Source: Microbacteriaceae bacterium (GTDB taxonomy: Bacteria; Actinomycetota; Actinomycetes; Actinomycetales; Microbacteriaceae). Taken from it: 64,000 bases of DNA. Shown here one piece after another: positions 38,016 through 46,659 of this stretch; position 1 is the stretch's first letter, and each line of letters opens with the position of its first letter. Location: NCBI GenBank assembly GCA_024639935.1, contig JAHEFZ010000009.1, positions 3,894 through 67,893 of the forward strand. Direction: 5' to 3'. A program made the position numbers and the translations under genes. Below the pieces are notes generated by a model that was not told the DNA's origin, made no database searches, and worked only from the letters and a program-made list of their open reading frames with translations.

Positions 38016-38705
38016 TCAGGGAACACGCGCCGATTCAACGGAAGTTCTCACTACCGGCAGGTAAGTGAAAGCGGTACCGGTCAACCTGCAGGAGAGAATC
38101 TTCCCGCGTTGCTTGGCGGTCACCCAAAAATAATAATCCGTGGCCCCTTTGATTGCTTTTCCGTTAGCCAGCCATTGATAGGAATACTCAACAGTCTGTC
38201 CCGGTGCGGACCAACCCGAAGATATGCCCGAAACCAACTGCTGACCGACAGCCGCGGTGCCAGTGAGAGTGGGGTCCGAGGTACTAGCAAATGTTCGGCC
38301 CGAAGAGACCGCTTCCGTTGAATCGGACAACTCGGTCGTCGTGATGTACGTAGCCCGAGACCCGACCACTCGAGCAGTAATTTGCCGCCCAACGTCCTTC
38401 GAGGTAACGGTGTAGGTCGAACTAGTGGCACCCTTAATTGCTTTCCCCGCCGCAAGCCACTGGTATTTCATCAGGGTGGGGGTTGGATCCCACCCTCCAT
38501 AAAAAATAGTTTTCGCTTCGAGGGTTTCGCCCACATAAGGCACACCGACGAGGTCATCATTCTTCTGAATCACCGGTTTTGCATGAAACGTGAATGGTGA
38601 GTCAACCGGCTCAACTGACGCTTGGGCAATCGATGAACTACCCAGAGTAAATAGTGCGCACAGTACGGCTAGCCCTGTGAGAGCCCGTGATTTTAAGGTG
38701 TACAT
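38016..38705 (-). CDS. secreted protein with two Ig-like 'YQWL..GKAIKGAT' repeats
   Basis: Signal peptide MYTLKSRALTGLAVLCALFTLGSSSIAQA. Has internal repeats KYQWLAAGKAIKGATSSTYTVTSKDVGRQITARV and YSYQWLANGKAIKGATDYYFWVTAKQRGKILSCRL. Start trimmed to 38705 because the track ORF runs into tRNA-Ala. The gene is visibly AT-richer than its neighbours. Confidence 0.65.
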   Translation of the reverse strand: MYTLKSRALTGLAVLCALFTLGSSSIAQASVEPVDSPFTFHAKPVIQKNDDLVGVPYVGETLEAKTIFYGGWDPTPTLMKYQWLAAGKAIKGATSSTYTVTSKDVGRQITARVVGSRATYITTTELSDSTEAVSSGRTFASTSDPTLTGTAAVGQQLVSGISSGWSAPGQTVEYSYQWLANGKAIKGATDYYFWVTAKQRGKILSCRLTGTAFTYLPVVRTSVESARVP

Positions 38706-38753
38706 GCTTTTCCTTTCGACACCGTAAGGCAAACCTACCAGCGAAGAGCCCGG

Positions 38754-38826
38754 TGGAGCTAAGGGGATTCGAACCCCTGGCCTTCTCATTGCGAACGAGA
38801 CGCGCTACCAACTGCGCCATAGCCCC
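38754..38826 (-). tRNA. tRNA-Ala (anticodon CGC)
   Basis: Hand-folded: acceptor GGGGCTA/TAGCTCC with the G3:U70 alanine identity pair, D arm GCGC-AGTTGGTA-GCGC, anticodon loop TTCGCAA, T arm AGGGG-TTCGAAT-CCCCT, A73. Confidence 0.9.
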
Positions 38827-38867
38827 CGAGTGTTCAGGATAGCACCGAGGTCATTGGTGCAAAAAAT

Positions 38868-39638
38868 TTAGTTTGCGCGTCGCGCTCGCAGTGCCGCGGT
38901 GATGTCGAACGTTCCAGTTTTCTCGATGTCGATGGATGGCTCGGTGAAACGAGGGTCCGCGGCGACGCCGGGTTGCGACGCACGTGCCGCTTGTTCGCGG
39001 ATACGCGAAGCTCGTTCGCGGGCTGCGATGGCTTTCGCGTGTTCCTCCGTGACGATGAGCCCCGCGCCATCTGGAATGGAGCGATGCACGGGAGGAGTGC
39101 GAATCGGTGTCCACGTTTCGTCGACGGCGACTCCGCGAGGGACACGAGCACGGGCCGTCACTCGAGTAGCGGCGGGCGCGTCCGCGGTGTTTACCGCAAC
39201 CAAACCAATCAGCGCAAGCAATCCGAACCCCGAAGCGACCGCCAGGTAGGGCCAGGCTGCGTAAAACGATGCCCATCCCGAACCTGCAATCGATAACACC
39301 AGCGTCAAAGCCAACCCCCGTTTCATGGCGTGGTGACGGGCAGCAACTTTCGGCAAACTGTCAAAGGCGACTTGTCGTTTAGCCCGCTCCGTGTGGCGAT
39401 CTGTGGCACGGGCGAGGCGTTCCAATTCGCGTCGGTGCTCAACCAGTTCCCGTGTCGACATCTCGTTCATCGGCGTTTGCGAACGAATTCCCAAGTCCTG
39501 GGTGGTGGCACTGATGCGCCGCGCGTTGCGCTCGATTGTTCGCGATTCGTGCCGGTCGCGCAGGCCGGGTGCCAGATACACGAGCCACAGGATTCCACCG
39601 ATGATCAGCGTCACGGTAGGTCCAAGGCCACTTTCCAC
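38868..39638 (-). CDS. hypothetical membrane protein
   Basis: Hydrophobic segments (TVTLIIGGILWLVYLAPGL; LALTLVLSIAGSGWASFYAAWPYLAVASGFGLLALIGLVAV) flank a charged coiled region. The start is uncertain. I chose the GTG at 39638 to avoid overlapping the GNAT gene (the track ORF runs to 39836). Confidence 0.5.
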   Translation of the reverse strand: MESGLGPTVTLIIGGILWLVYLAPGLRDRHESRTIERNARRISATTQDLGIRSQTPMNEMSTRELVEHRRELERLARATDRHTERAKRQVAFDSLPKVAARHHAMKRGLALTLVLSIAGSGWASFYAAWPYLAVASGFGLLALIGLVAVNTADAPAATRVTARARVPRGVAVDETWTPIRTPPVHRSIPDGAGLIVTEEHAKAIAARERASRIREQAARASQPGVAADPRFTEPSIDIEKTGTFDITAALRARRAN

Positions 39639-39696
39639 GTTTTCTAGGCTAAATCGCGAAGGGGGCTTCGGTCCCGAGGCGCGCGCGGTGTGTTGT

Positions 39697-40341
39697 TTAG
39701 CGAATGGGGGTGCGGGACGCGATGAGGTCGACCTCGGGAATATCCGCGAGACTTGCGTTTGCCGTTCCCCGTGTGAGTTGCGCGAGCATCCCACCAGGCA
39801 CCTCGTCGATGGTTGTGGCGAAACAAAAGTGGTCACGCCAATCGCCGTCGATGTGGATGTAACGACGCCGAAGTCCTTCGTAACGCATCCCCAGTTTTCG
39901 CACTATTCGAAGCGAGGACACGTTTTCGGGGCGAATGCAGATCTCGATGCGATGTATTCCGAGTCCGGTGAAACACCAATCCATGACAAGTGCAACGGCG
40001 ATTGGTGTGATTCCCTTGCCGGCACGATCTCGCGAAATCCAATATCCGATTGAACCCGACGAGAGTGACCCGAACGATAATCCACTAACTGTAATCTGAC
40101 CAACGACCTCCCCGTCGTGTTCGATGACAAACGGTGCCGCGTGATTCTGCCTAGCGAGTCTCAAAAGCGAACGGATGAGGTCCCCGACCGGAGGCAACGC
40201 GGAATATCCGGGGATAGTTGCTTCCCACTTCTCGAGCCATGCGCGATTGTCCGTCAGCAGTTTTCGCAACGGCCGCGCATCACGAGGGCGAATCGAACGA
40301 ACGTAAACGCCCCCGTGGCTAAGAGACGGGACAAAAATCAC
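39697..40341 (-). CDS. GNAT family N-acetyltransferase (RimJ/RimL-like)
   Basis: IRPRDARPLRKLL...W, GYWISRDRAGKGITPIA and HRIEICIRPENVSSLRIVRKLGMRYEG are typical of ribosomal-protein acetyltransferases. GTGA overlap with the galU stop. galU-rimJ proximity is conserved in mycobacteria. Confidence 0.8.
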   Translation of the reverse strand: MIFVPSLSHGGVYVRSIRPRDARPLRKLLTDNRAWLEKWEATIPGYSALPPVGDLIRSLLRLARQNHAAPFVIEHDGEVVGQITVSGLSFGSLSSGSIGYWISRDRAGKGITPIAVALVMDWCFTGLGIHRIEICIRPENVSSLRIVRKLGMRYEGLRRRYIHIDGDWRDHFCFATTIDEVPGGMLAQLTRGTANASLADIPEVDLIASRTPIR

Positions 40342-41228
40342 GGACGGCGGTGGGCTTCGACGTCGAGCCATCTCTCGAGTGCCGGCCCAAGGTCAGGGCG
40401 CTGCAACGCGAGCCGAACGATGGCTTTGATGTAGTCGAGCTTGTCCCCCGTGTCATAACGGCGGCCACGAAAAACAATCCCCAAGACTCCCCCTGCGATG
40501 TTGCTGGTTGCCATGTGGCGCAGAGCGTCCGTGAGTTGAATTTCGTTACCTTTACCCGGTTCGGTGTCCTCAAGGATGCCGTAGATTTCGGGACGCAAGA
40601 CATACCTGCCGATGACGGCAAAATTAGACGGGGCATCCTTGGGGTCCGGTTTTTCGACGAGATCAACGATACGCACAACGTCCCCCTCTCCGATGTCGAC
40701 AATGGTCGCAATGCCGTAATGGTCGGTCATGTCGGCGGGCACCTCCATGAGGGCAACGACCGACGCGTGGTGCGCATCGTGCGCGGTGATCATCGGTCCG
40801 AGTACGTTGTCTCGTTCGTCGATGAGGTCGTCACCGAGCAAAACGGCAAACGATTCGTTTCCGACGTGCATTTTCGATCGAAGCACGGCGTGCCCGAGTC
40901 CACGCGGTTCGCCCTGTCGGACGTAGTGCATGTCGGCAAGTTCGGTAGATTTTTCGACGGACGCGAGTCGCGTCGAGTCACCCTTTTTTCGAAGGACGCT
41001 TTCGAGTTCTGGGGCATTATCGAAATGGTTTTCGAGTGCGTTCTTGTTTCGGCCCGTGACCATCAGCACATCGGTGAGGCCATTGCGCACGGCTTCTTCG
41101 ACAACGTACTGGATCGCGGGCTTGTCCACGACGGGAAGCATTTCTTTTGGCATCGCCTTGGTGGCGGGAAGAAATCGAGTACCCAATCCGGCGGCGGGGA
41201 TAACCGCCTTGGTGATGTGAGATGACAT
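40338..41228 (-). CDS. galU: UTP--glucose-1-phosphate uridylyltransferase
   Basis: 296 aa. KAVIPAAGLGTRFLPATKAMPKEMLPVVDKP signature. Confidence 0.93.
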   Translation of the reverse strand: MSSHITKAVIPAAGLGTRFLPATKAMPKEMLPVVDKPAIQYVVEEAVRNGLTDVLMVTGRNKNALENHFDNAPELESVLRKKGDSTRLASVEKSTELADMHYVRQGEPRGLGHAVLRSKMHVGNESFAVLLGDDLIDERDNVLGPMITAHDAHHASVVALMEVPADMTDHYGIATIVDIGEGDVVRIVDLVEKPDPKDAPSNFAVIGRYVLRPEIYGILEDTEPGKGNEIQLTDALRHMATSNIAGGVLGIVFRGRRYDTGDKLDYIKAIVRLALQRPDLGPALERWLDVEAHRRP

Positions 41229-41269
41229 TGGTTAAGGATACCGTTGCGGGTCCTCTTTAGGATGGGCAC

Positions 41270-41848
41270 ATGACCACCCGTGACGACAAGGCGGAATTGC
41301 GCGCGTTTGTGCGCTTGACTCGGTCTGCCCGTTCGAGCGAGGAAATCGAATCCGTTGCGGACAGCTTTGAACAGTTTCTTGCCCATCTAGCGGACCAATA
41401 CGAGTGGCGCCGTATCGGCGCGTTCATTCCGACGCCAACCGAACCGCCCATCGCGAGGGGTCTCAACTCACTGGTCCTGGCAGGCGTTTCCGTGATTGTC
41501 CCCGTCTCGGGCGCCGATGGGCTGATGGATTGGATGGAACTCGGTCGTGACACAATTTGGTCGACCACCAGCGATTCGATGGGGATGCCGATTCCGTCGA
41601 CGGGCTCGAGCGCGTTGCCTCTTGACCTTGATGCGGTGCTGATTCCCGCCGCCGCCGTCGACCGCGAGGGAAACCGGCTCGGGTGGGGGAAAGGATTTTA
41701 TGACCGTTTTCTTGCAATCCTTGAAGGAAAGCCCCTGGTGATCGCCGTGGTGTTTGATTCCGATTGCGTTGACGAAGTCCCGACGGACGCCCACGACGCA
41801 TCGGTTGGGGCAATTCTCACCGAAACCGAAATCTCGTTCACTCAATAG
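41270..41848 (+). CDS. 5-formyltetrahydrofolate cyclo-ligase
   Basis: 192 aa. KAELR start. The C-terminal GNRLGWGKGFYDRFL motif is diagnostic. Divergent from galU, as in mycobacteria. Confidence 0.85.
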   Translation: MTTRDDKAELRAFVRLTRSARSSEEIESVADSFEQFLAHLADQYEWRRIGAFIPTPTEPPIARGLNSLVLAGVSVIVPVSGADGLMDWMELGRDTIWSTTSDSMGMPIPSTGSSALPLDLDAVLIPAAAVDREGNRLGWGKGFYDRFLAILEGKPLVIAVVFDSDCVDEVPTDAHDASVGAILTETEISFTQ

Positions 41849-41962
41849 TGAGGTGGTTTCTCGGCCTTGAGCCGCTCGTCGTTATCCGTCTCTGAGTGAC
41901 GCTCGGGTTCCGGTTCCGGTGTCGGGTCAGTCCCAAGTGGGGCCGGACGAACAACTCGACGC

Positions 41963-44900
41963 CTAGGCGGCTTCTTGTCCGTCACGAAGAATTCTCTCGA
42001 TCTGGTCCGCGACGAGGTCCGGGCTGAGGAACAACTGAAGTTCGTGAATTCGGACATATCTCCAACCGCAGTGGGCCAGCATTTCTGGTCGAATTCGAAG
42101 TCCCTCCCGCAGCGTCATCGGCATGATGTTGTCGTCAATATCAATCGCGACACAGTTGTCCCCCATTCGCGCTGCGAGCGGAATCCCCGGCACGTCGGTG
42201 AGAAGAGTCATGCCACGAGCACGGAGTCGCGTGCCGAGGTCGTGCATGAGTGGGTGCTGTTCGCTCTGGCGCGGAACGAACGCGAGAGTGTCATCGATAA
42301 ACCGACCGAGAGCATTGACGCCTATTGACATTCGCTCGTCACGGAGTTCGGCGGTGCTCAGAGCCGAAATCACGGTGAGGTGCCGTGTAGCCCGGGTCAT
42401 CGCGACCGCGATCAGTCGTTCGCCGTCTGGTGTTGACAGTGCGCCGAGGTCACTGAGAACGCGACCGTGGGGGCTACGCCCAAAACCCAGAGCAAAAATA
42501 ACGCGATCTCGAGTTACCGCCGATGCTTGCTGCAAGCTGAGCACCACGAACGGCGCATCCGAGTGTCGCGTAAAGAAATCCTGCAACGTCCGATTGGCCG
42601 GTAACGCGCTGTGGATTGCGTCCTGGACACGCGCCACGGTCACGGGTGACGCGCTGATGACCATGAGCGAATGCTCGGGGTGAAGCGTCGCGTGTTCGAC
42701 AACATTGGCAACGATGGCATCAAGTTCGGAAGGGGTCGCTTCGATACGGCCGGTCTTTTCGTCGAGCGGGCCTTTCCCCTCGATGTTGATAAACGACAAG
42801 CCACTTTCACCGAGCGAGGCCGACGCGAGTGGCCACGAACGTAAGCCATTCACATAAAACTGTGCTGAAATCTGCGCGGCGAGTCCGGTTCCCAAAGGGC
42901 GATAGGACAATGTCATCGCGTGGGTCGGCAGAATTTGCGCGAGTTCAGCGAGTATCGAGCGCGAACCCAAACCGGCGTCGACGGAATCGTCTGGTGTCAC
43001 GGTAAACGAGGTCGGACGATCGGTGACCGGGTCACCGAATGTGACAATCTGGTCGCCCCGGGAAATGGCGGGCGCAACTTCTGCGACCGACATCGCTCCG
43101 GCGTCGACAAGAATTACGACATCGAATCGTTGGGTGGTCGCAAGTGTTCCGACTTCGTAGGGGGAAATACACCAGATAGGCGCCAGAATGTCGGTCAACG
43201 TCGGTGCAACCGACACGAGGTTCGAAATGGACGTCGGACCTACGGTCAGCGCAGTCTTGATCGCAGAAGTCTCGTCAGGAAGGTCGGTGATGGCGATTCG
43301 CCAGGCTTCGGCCAGTGAATGCGCAAGCTTTTGGGCGTTACCGGCAATGTGGGCCTGATCGACAAGACGGAAATCATGTTCCAGGCGGTCCAGAATTGTC
43401 GTATCGGCACCCAGCAACTGACCGCGATCCGCGATGATCGCTTCGAGAGCCCCCCGCCACCACGCAAGTTGAAGTTCGGCGGTGATGATCTCGCGCGTGA
43501 CAATTCGCCCTGCAAAAACCTGCAGAAGGCTTTCAAGACCCCGTTCGCGCATGGCATCGACAATTGCACTGCGTTCGTGAACGGTATCGATGCTCGTGCT
43601 GTCAGCGGCAAGCGCCGCGACCAACTCGGATACGGCCCCCCGAGGCTCCGTTTCCAGCCGGCGAGCGAGCGGATCGTTGAGCAACGCAATGTCAGAGAGT
43701 ACCTGGTCAAGTTGTTCGCCGAGTCCGACAAACCCAGCCGGTACCGAGGGCCGGTAAGCAGCATTTACCAGGGTGTTCCACTGGGTACGTGCGTCGCGTG
43801 CGGTAGTGAGCGCGGTAAGCATATCGGGAACGTGTGCACCGGGGCGAACGAACTCTTTCGCGAGTTTCTTGAGTCGGCGCCTCTGGGCTGCGGGGATCTC
43901 GTCGTCGCGCGACTTGGGCGTGAAGGCGGCAACGAAGTCCTCGATTGACCTGTCAAAAAGTTCGGGCGTGAATCGGTCCAGAGTGGCGCTCACACCACGC
44001 AAGGTATCCATCCGATATCGAAGATCGTCGAGTGTGGAACCCGCTCCGACCGGGGATGGTTCGAGAATCTCGGTCGCCATGCTCTCGAGCGTTGCGAGGC
44101 TTATCGTGTCGAGTCGAATAGCCGCCTGCAATGCCGCGGAAGCCTGATTCGCATTGTCAAAATGAGCCGTCGCCCATGGTGAGGCTGCGCGAGCGGATTG
44201 GAATTGCCCGAGGTCAGCGGCAGCGAGAATCGTACTCACGACATCGTCCATCGTGGATGTCAGAGCGATGACCGATTCGACATCAAGCGACACTTCGTTG
44301 GTGGCGTCGGTTGTATTTGCCAAACGCGCGAGTTCACGAATTGCGTCCAGCACGCTGACCCGGAAACGCGGATCGGGTTGGTTAAGCGCCGTCCGGTAAT
44401 CACCGATCACACTTCGCATTCGAAGGAGCGCCGCGTCGACATCCATTGTGTTGGGCGTGGGTGTTTTTTCGATTCGACTGATCGAACGAATGAGGTCGGC
44501 CTTGATGGTGGATGGCGACGCGCCCAGACCGTCAAGCCCCAAGGTTCCAAGGGTTCGCCGGATATCGTCCAGGCGTGCCCGACGTGGTCCGGCAACAAGG
44601 ACTCGTTTGCCCGAACGAATGAGTTCGCCCACTGCGTTGACAATGGTTTGTGTCGCACCCGAACCAGACGGGGTGCCGACGACAATCGAGTTTCCGGCAA
44701 CAATATGAGCGACGATTCGTTCCTGTTCGGCATCTGCGTCCAGTAAAAGACTGTCTGTGTCAAGGCTTCGGGTGTCCGAATTTCCCGGGTCCACGGCGGC
44801 GTGGCTCTCGGAAACAAGTACTCGGGCGTTCGGGTTCCCACCGATCGTATCGAGGAGTGGATGGTCAAGATTTCGGGCGGCGCTCACCATGTTCGATGCA

Positions 44901-45598
44901 ACATCACTCAGATTGGCGATCGCAAGCGTGGGAACGACCATCGCCCCGTCGATGTGCGCGATGAGCCCGTGCAATCGATCGAGCGCGCCGTTCGGGCGAA
45001 ACGACCCGTTGTCATTGGTCAAGGCAACGAATGCTCGCTCATCCAATGCGATACCGAATTGGTAAGCGAGTTCGCGGGCGAGAGCCGGGTTTAGGTGCAA
45101 AGCGCCCGTCAACTGAACTTCGAGATCATCCCCTTTACGGTGCATCGAAATGGGACGCAACAGCATTGGCGCCGTGAAATGATCATCGCCGTTCGTCCAG
45201 GAGACGAGACCGACAGCGAGGAATACGGAGTCGATTCCGCGTGCGGCGGCAAGTTCGACCGCTTTGTCGTTGATGCGTGACGCATGCTGGCGGGCGCGAT
45301 GAAGTGCAACATCGTCACGAACGAGATTTCGCAAAAGAGTCGGAGTGCCCGCGAAGAATCGAGCGAGGCCGCCGGGGTGGCCCGTACTCAGTTCGATCGC
45401 GACATGGCTGGGAAAATGCAACAGCGGGTTGGTGCCACCAAGTTTCGACAGTTCTCGTCGCCACTCTTCCCACACGCTGTCAGCGATGTTGGCGATGGTC
45501 GTCGTGGGGTTGCCGGTGGCAAGGTTTGACGGGTCAGCAAATGCTGACAGCCCGAGCGAAACGTCGCCTGCCCAGTCGCTTTCGTCCGACCCCAACAC
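41963..45598 (-). CDS. DUF4011 / SF1 (Upf1-like) helicase-like protein with C-terminal restriction-endonuclease-like/DUF3320-type region; catalytic motifs degenerate
   Basis: 1211 aa. The N-terminal block (GTNPLLHF...LLRP, LAVGLVSWT) is DUF4011-like. The Walker A position reads GTPSGSGATQT (nt 44648..44680) in place of GxxGTGKS/T. The Walker B position reads FDVVILVDAGAM (nt 43091..43126) in place of hhhhDEAS. The C-terminal tail WRYVRIHELQLF resembles the DUF559/MTES endonuclease-like end. Confidence 0.75.
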   Translation of the reverse strand: MLGSDESDWAGDVSLGLSAFADPSNLATGNPTTTIANIADSVWEEWRRELSKLGGTNPLLHFPSHVAIELSTGHPGGLARFFAGTPTLLRNLVRDDVALHRARQHASRINDKAVELAAARGIDSVFLAVGLVSWTNGDDHFTAPMLLRPISMHRKGDDLEVQLTGALHLNPALARELAYQFGIALDERAFVALTNDNGSFRPNGALDRLHGLIAHIDGAMVVPTLAIANLSDVASNMVSAARNLDHPLLDTIGGNPNARVLVSESHAAVDPGNSDTRSLDTDSLLLDADAEQERIVAHIVAGNSIVVGTPSGSGATQTIVNAVGELIRSGKRVLVAGPRRARLDDIRRTLGTLGLDGLGASPSTIKADLIRSISRIEKTPTPNTMDVDAALLRMRSVIGDYRTALNQPDPRFRVSVLDAIRELARLANTTDATNEVSLDVESVIALTSTMDDVVSTILAAADLGQFQSARAASPWATAHFDNANQASAALQAAIRLDTISLATLESMATEILEPSPVGAGSTLDDLRYRMDTLRGVSATLDRFTPELFDRSIEDFVAAFTPKSRDDEIPAAQRRRLKKLAKEFVRPGAHVPDMLTALTTARDARTQWNTLVNAAYRPSVPAGFVGLGEQLDQVLSDIALLNDPLARRLETEPRGAVSELVAALAADSTSIDTVHERSAIVDAMRERGLESLLQVFAGRIVTREIITAELQLAWWRGALEAIIADRGQLLGADTTILDRLEHDFRLVDQAHIAGNAQKLAHSLAEAWRIAITDLPDETSAIKTALTVGPTSISNLVSVAPTLTDILAPIWCISPYEVGTLATTQRFDVVILVDAGAMSVAEVAPAISRGDQIVTFGDPVTDRPTSFTVTPDDSVDAGLGSRSILAELAQILPTHAMTLSYRPLGTGLAAQISAQFYVNGLRSWPLASASLGESGLSFINIEGKGPLDEKTGRIEATPSELDAIVANVVEHATLHPEHSLMVISASPVTVARVQDAIHSALPANRTLQDFFTRHSDAPFVVLSLQQASAVTRDRVIFALGFGRSPHGRVLSDLGALSTPDGERLIAVAMTRATRHLTVISALSTAELRDERMSIGVNALGRFIDDTLAFVPRQSEQHPLMHDLGTRLRARGMTLLTDVPGIPLAARMGDNCVAIDIDDNIMPMTLREGLRIRPEMLAHCGWRYVRIHELQLFLSPDLVADQIERILRDGQEAA

Positions 45599-45658
45599 AC
45601 TTTTACGTTATCGGGAACCCCAAAAAATCCGGGGAACCACTCCGATGGCGAAATATTC

Positions 45659-45820
45659 GAGTGCCCTTGGAGCGGGAAAGTCCCGCGGACTCTCCCGTCT
45701 TATTCACCGTGCACCAAGTCGCGTCTGTTAAGGAGTGCCCTTGGAGCGGGAAAGTCCCGCGGACTCTCCCGTCTTATTCACCGTGCACCAAGTCGCGTCT
45801 GTTAAGGAGTGCCCTTGGAG
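45659..45820. repeat. 74-bp tandem direct repeat (2 units), each starting with the 14-nt tRNA-Arg 3' end; the third 14-mer copy is the tRNA itself
   Basis: gagtgcccttggag occurs at 45659, 45733 and 45807 (period 74 bp). The two 60-bp spacers (cgggaaagtcccgcggactctcccgtcttattcaccgtgcaccaagtcgcgtctgttaag) look identical by eye. Confidence 0.85.
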
Positions 45821-45881
45821 GGACTCGAACCCCCAACCCTTTCCTTAGGACGGAACTGCTCTTCCATTGAGCTACAAAGGC
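45810..45881 (-). tRNA. tRNA-Arg (anticodon CCT)
   Basis: Hand-folded: acceptor GCCTTTG/CAAGGGC, D arm GCTC-AATGGAA-GAGC, anticodon loop GTCCTAA, T arm GGGGG-TTCGAGT-CCCTC, A73. One G:A mismatch at the top of the anticodon stem. Confidence 0.8.
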
Positions 45882-45909
45882 GATGCAATCAGTAAACCAC
45901 GGGTGGTGG

Positions 45910-46401
45910 TTACGCCGCGAGATAATCGTTCCACGCTGGAACATCGCGGTCGATTCCGCGCACCAGCCATGCCGTTCCGTGAGGTTGCCTCGGTTGGGTG
46001 GAAAGCGACCAGCCGAGTTCGCGCAGAGTTCGATCCGCTTTGTGGTTGTTGCAGCGCACACAACACGCGACGAGGTTTTCCCAACTGTCCGATCCGCCTC
46101 GCGATTTGGGTTGGACGTGGTCGATTGTGTTGGCGCTTTTACCGCAATAAGCACATCGGTGGTTGTCGCGACGCAGCACGCCACGTCTCGTCAACGGCAC
46201 ACCACTGGTCATGGGGACGCGGACGTAGCGGCTCAAGATAATGACGCTGGGTCGGTCCCACAATCCCGAGATTCCGAACACCGGGTGATCTGCTTCGTGG
46301 GCAAGAATGTTCGCTTTGCCTGTCATCACGAGGACGATCGCACGGCGATCCGAAACGACGGCAAGCGGCTCATAGCCCGCGTTGAGGACGAGAGTTCTCA
46401 T
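45910..46401 (-). CDS. HNH endonuclease family protein
   Basis: 163 aa. RDNHRCAYCGKSANTIDHVQPKSRGGSDSWENLVACCVRCNNHK is a complete HNH/CCCC-zinc nuclease motif. Confidence 0.85.
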   Translation of the reverse strand: MRTLVLNAGYEPLAVVSDRRAIVLVMTGKANILAHEADHPVFGISGLWDRPSVIILSRYVRVPMTSGVPLTRRGVLRRDNHRCAYCGKSANTIDHVQPKSRGGSDSWENLVACCVRCNNHKADRTLRELGWSLSTQPRQPHGTAWLVRGIDRDVPAWNDYLAA

Positions 46402-46470
46402 ATTTTTCCTTTCGGCCCCACATGGTGTGCGGGTTTTCGGGGTTCAGCCACCTTGCCTCGATTCGGGCAC

Positions 46471-46499
46471 AAAAAAAGCACCGTCTTCACAGACGATGC
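46471..46499 (-). terminator. intrinsic (rho-independent) terminator
   Basis: The minus-strand RNA is GCAUCGUCU-GUGA-AGACGGUGC followed by UUUUUUU. This is a 9-bp stem with one G.U pair, a tetraloop and a U7 tract. Confidence 0.75.
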
Positions 46500-46515
46500 C
46501 TTCCGTTGTCGCAAC

Positions 46516-46659
46516 CGTGACGGAGCGAAACGAGGCTCGGACTTATCGGGTGTTCCCAGTCGAATCCTCGGGGGGAGGCTCTATGGGCACCCGTCAAACC
46601 GAAAACGATTCGAGTTGGGATGGTCACCCGTTCAGACTACGCCTGCGATTCTCATCACG
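46516..46659 (-). ncRNA. candidate structured RNA domain (nested helices closed by a 9-bp P1), possibly a ydaO/c-di-AMP-riboswitch-like aptamer
   Basis: Hand-folded on the minus strand. P1 is CGUGAUGAG/CUCCGUCACG with 1 bulge. Then AAUCGC, hairpin CAG-GCGUAGU-CUG, and ACGGGUGACCA. Then hairpin UCGAAUCG-UUUU-CGGUUUGA, ACGGGUGCCCA, and hairpin CCUC-CCCCC-GAGG. Then GGGAACACCCGAUAAGUCCGAGCCUCGU. The terminator, RBS and HNH ORF follow. The element order resembles the ydaO consensus, but the CAGCUAACC block is not conserved. Confidence 0.35.

Noticed and set aside
38706-38789. N-terminal extension of the secreted-protein ORF
   Set aside because: It reads through tRNA-Ala (38754..38826). A proper signal peptide begins at the internal ATG at 38705.
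41842-42057. 71-aa minus-strand ORF between the 5-FCL gene and the DUF4011 gene
   Set aside because: Its first ~30 codons overlap the 3' end of the 1211-aa ORF in another frame, and the remainder is a short Pro/Glu-rich peptide with no motif. The C-terminal ...DERLKAEKPPHY looked vaguely familiar, but I cannot tie it to a family.
45659-45806. Possible CRISPR array, given regularly spaced direct repeats
   Set aside because: There are only two 74-bp units, the 'spacers' are identical to each other, the repeat is the tRNA-Arg 3' end, and no cas genes are present.
46540-46600. tmRNA or 6C RNA, because of GGAUUCGAC and a CCUCCCCCCGAGG hairpin
   Set aside because: No tRNA-like acceptor or T-arm, no tag reading frame, and the element is only ~190 nt, so it is not tmRNA. 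Only one C-rich loop is present, whereas 6C has two, so it is unlikely to be 6C. I kept it as an unclassified or ydaO-like candidate instead.
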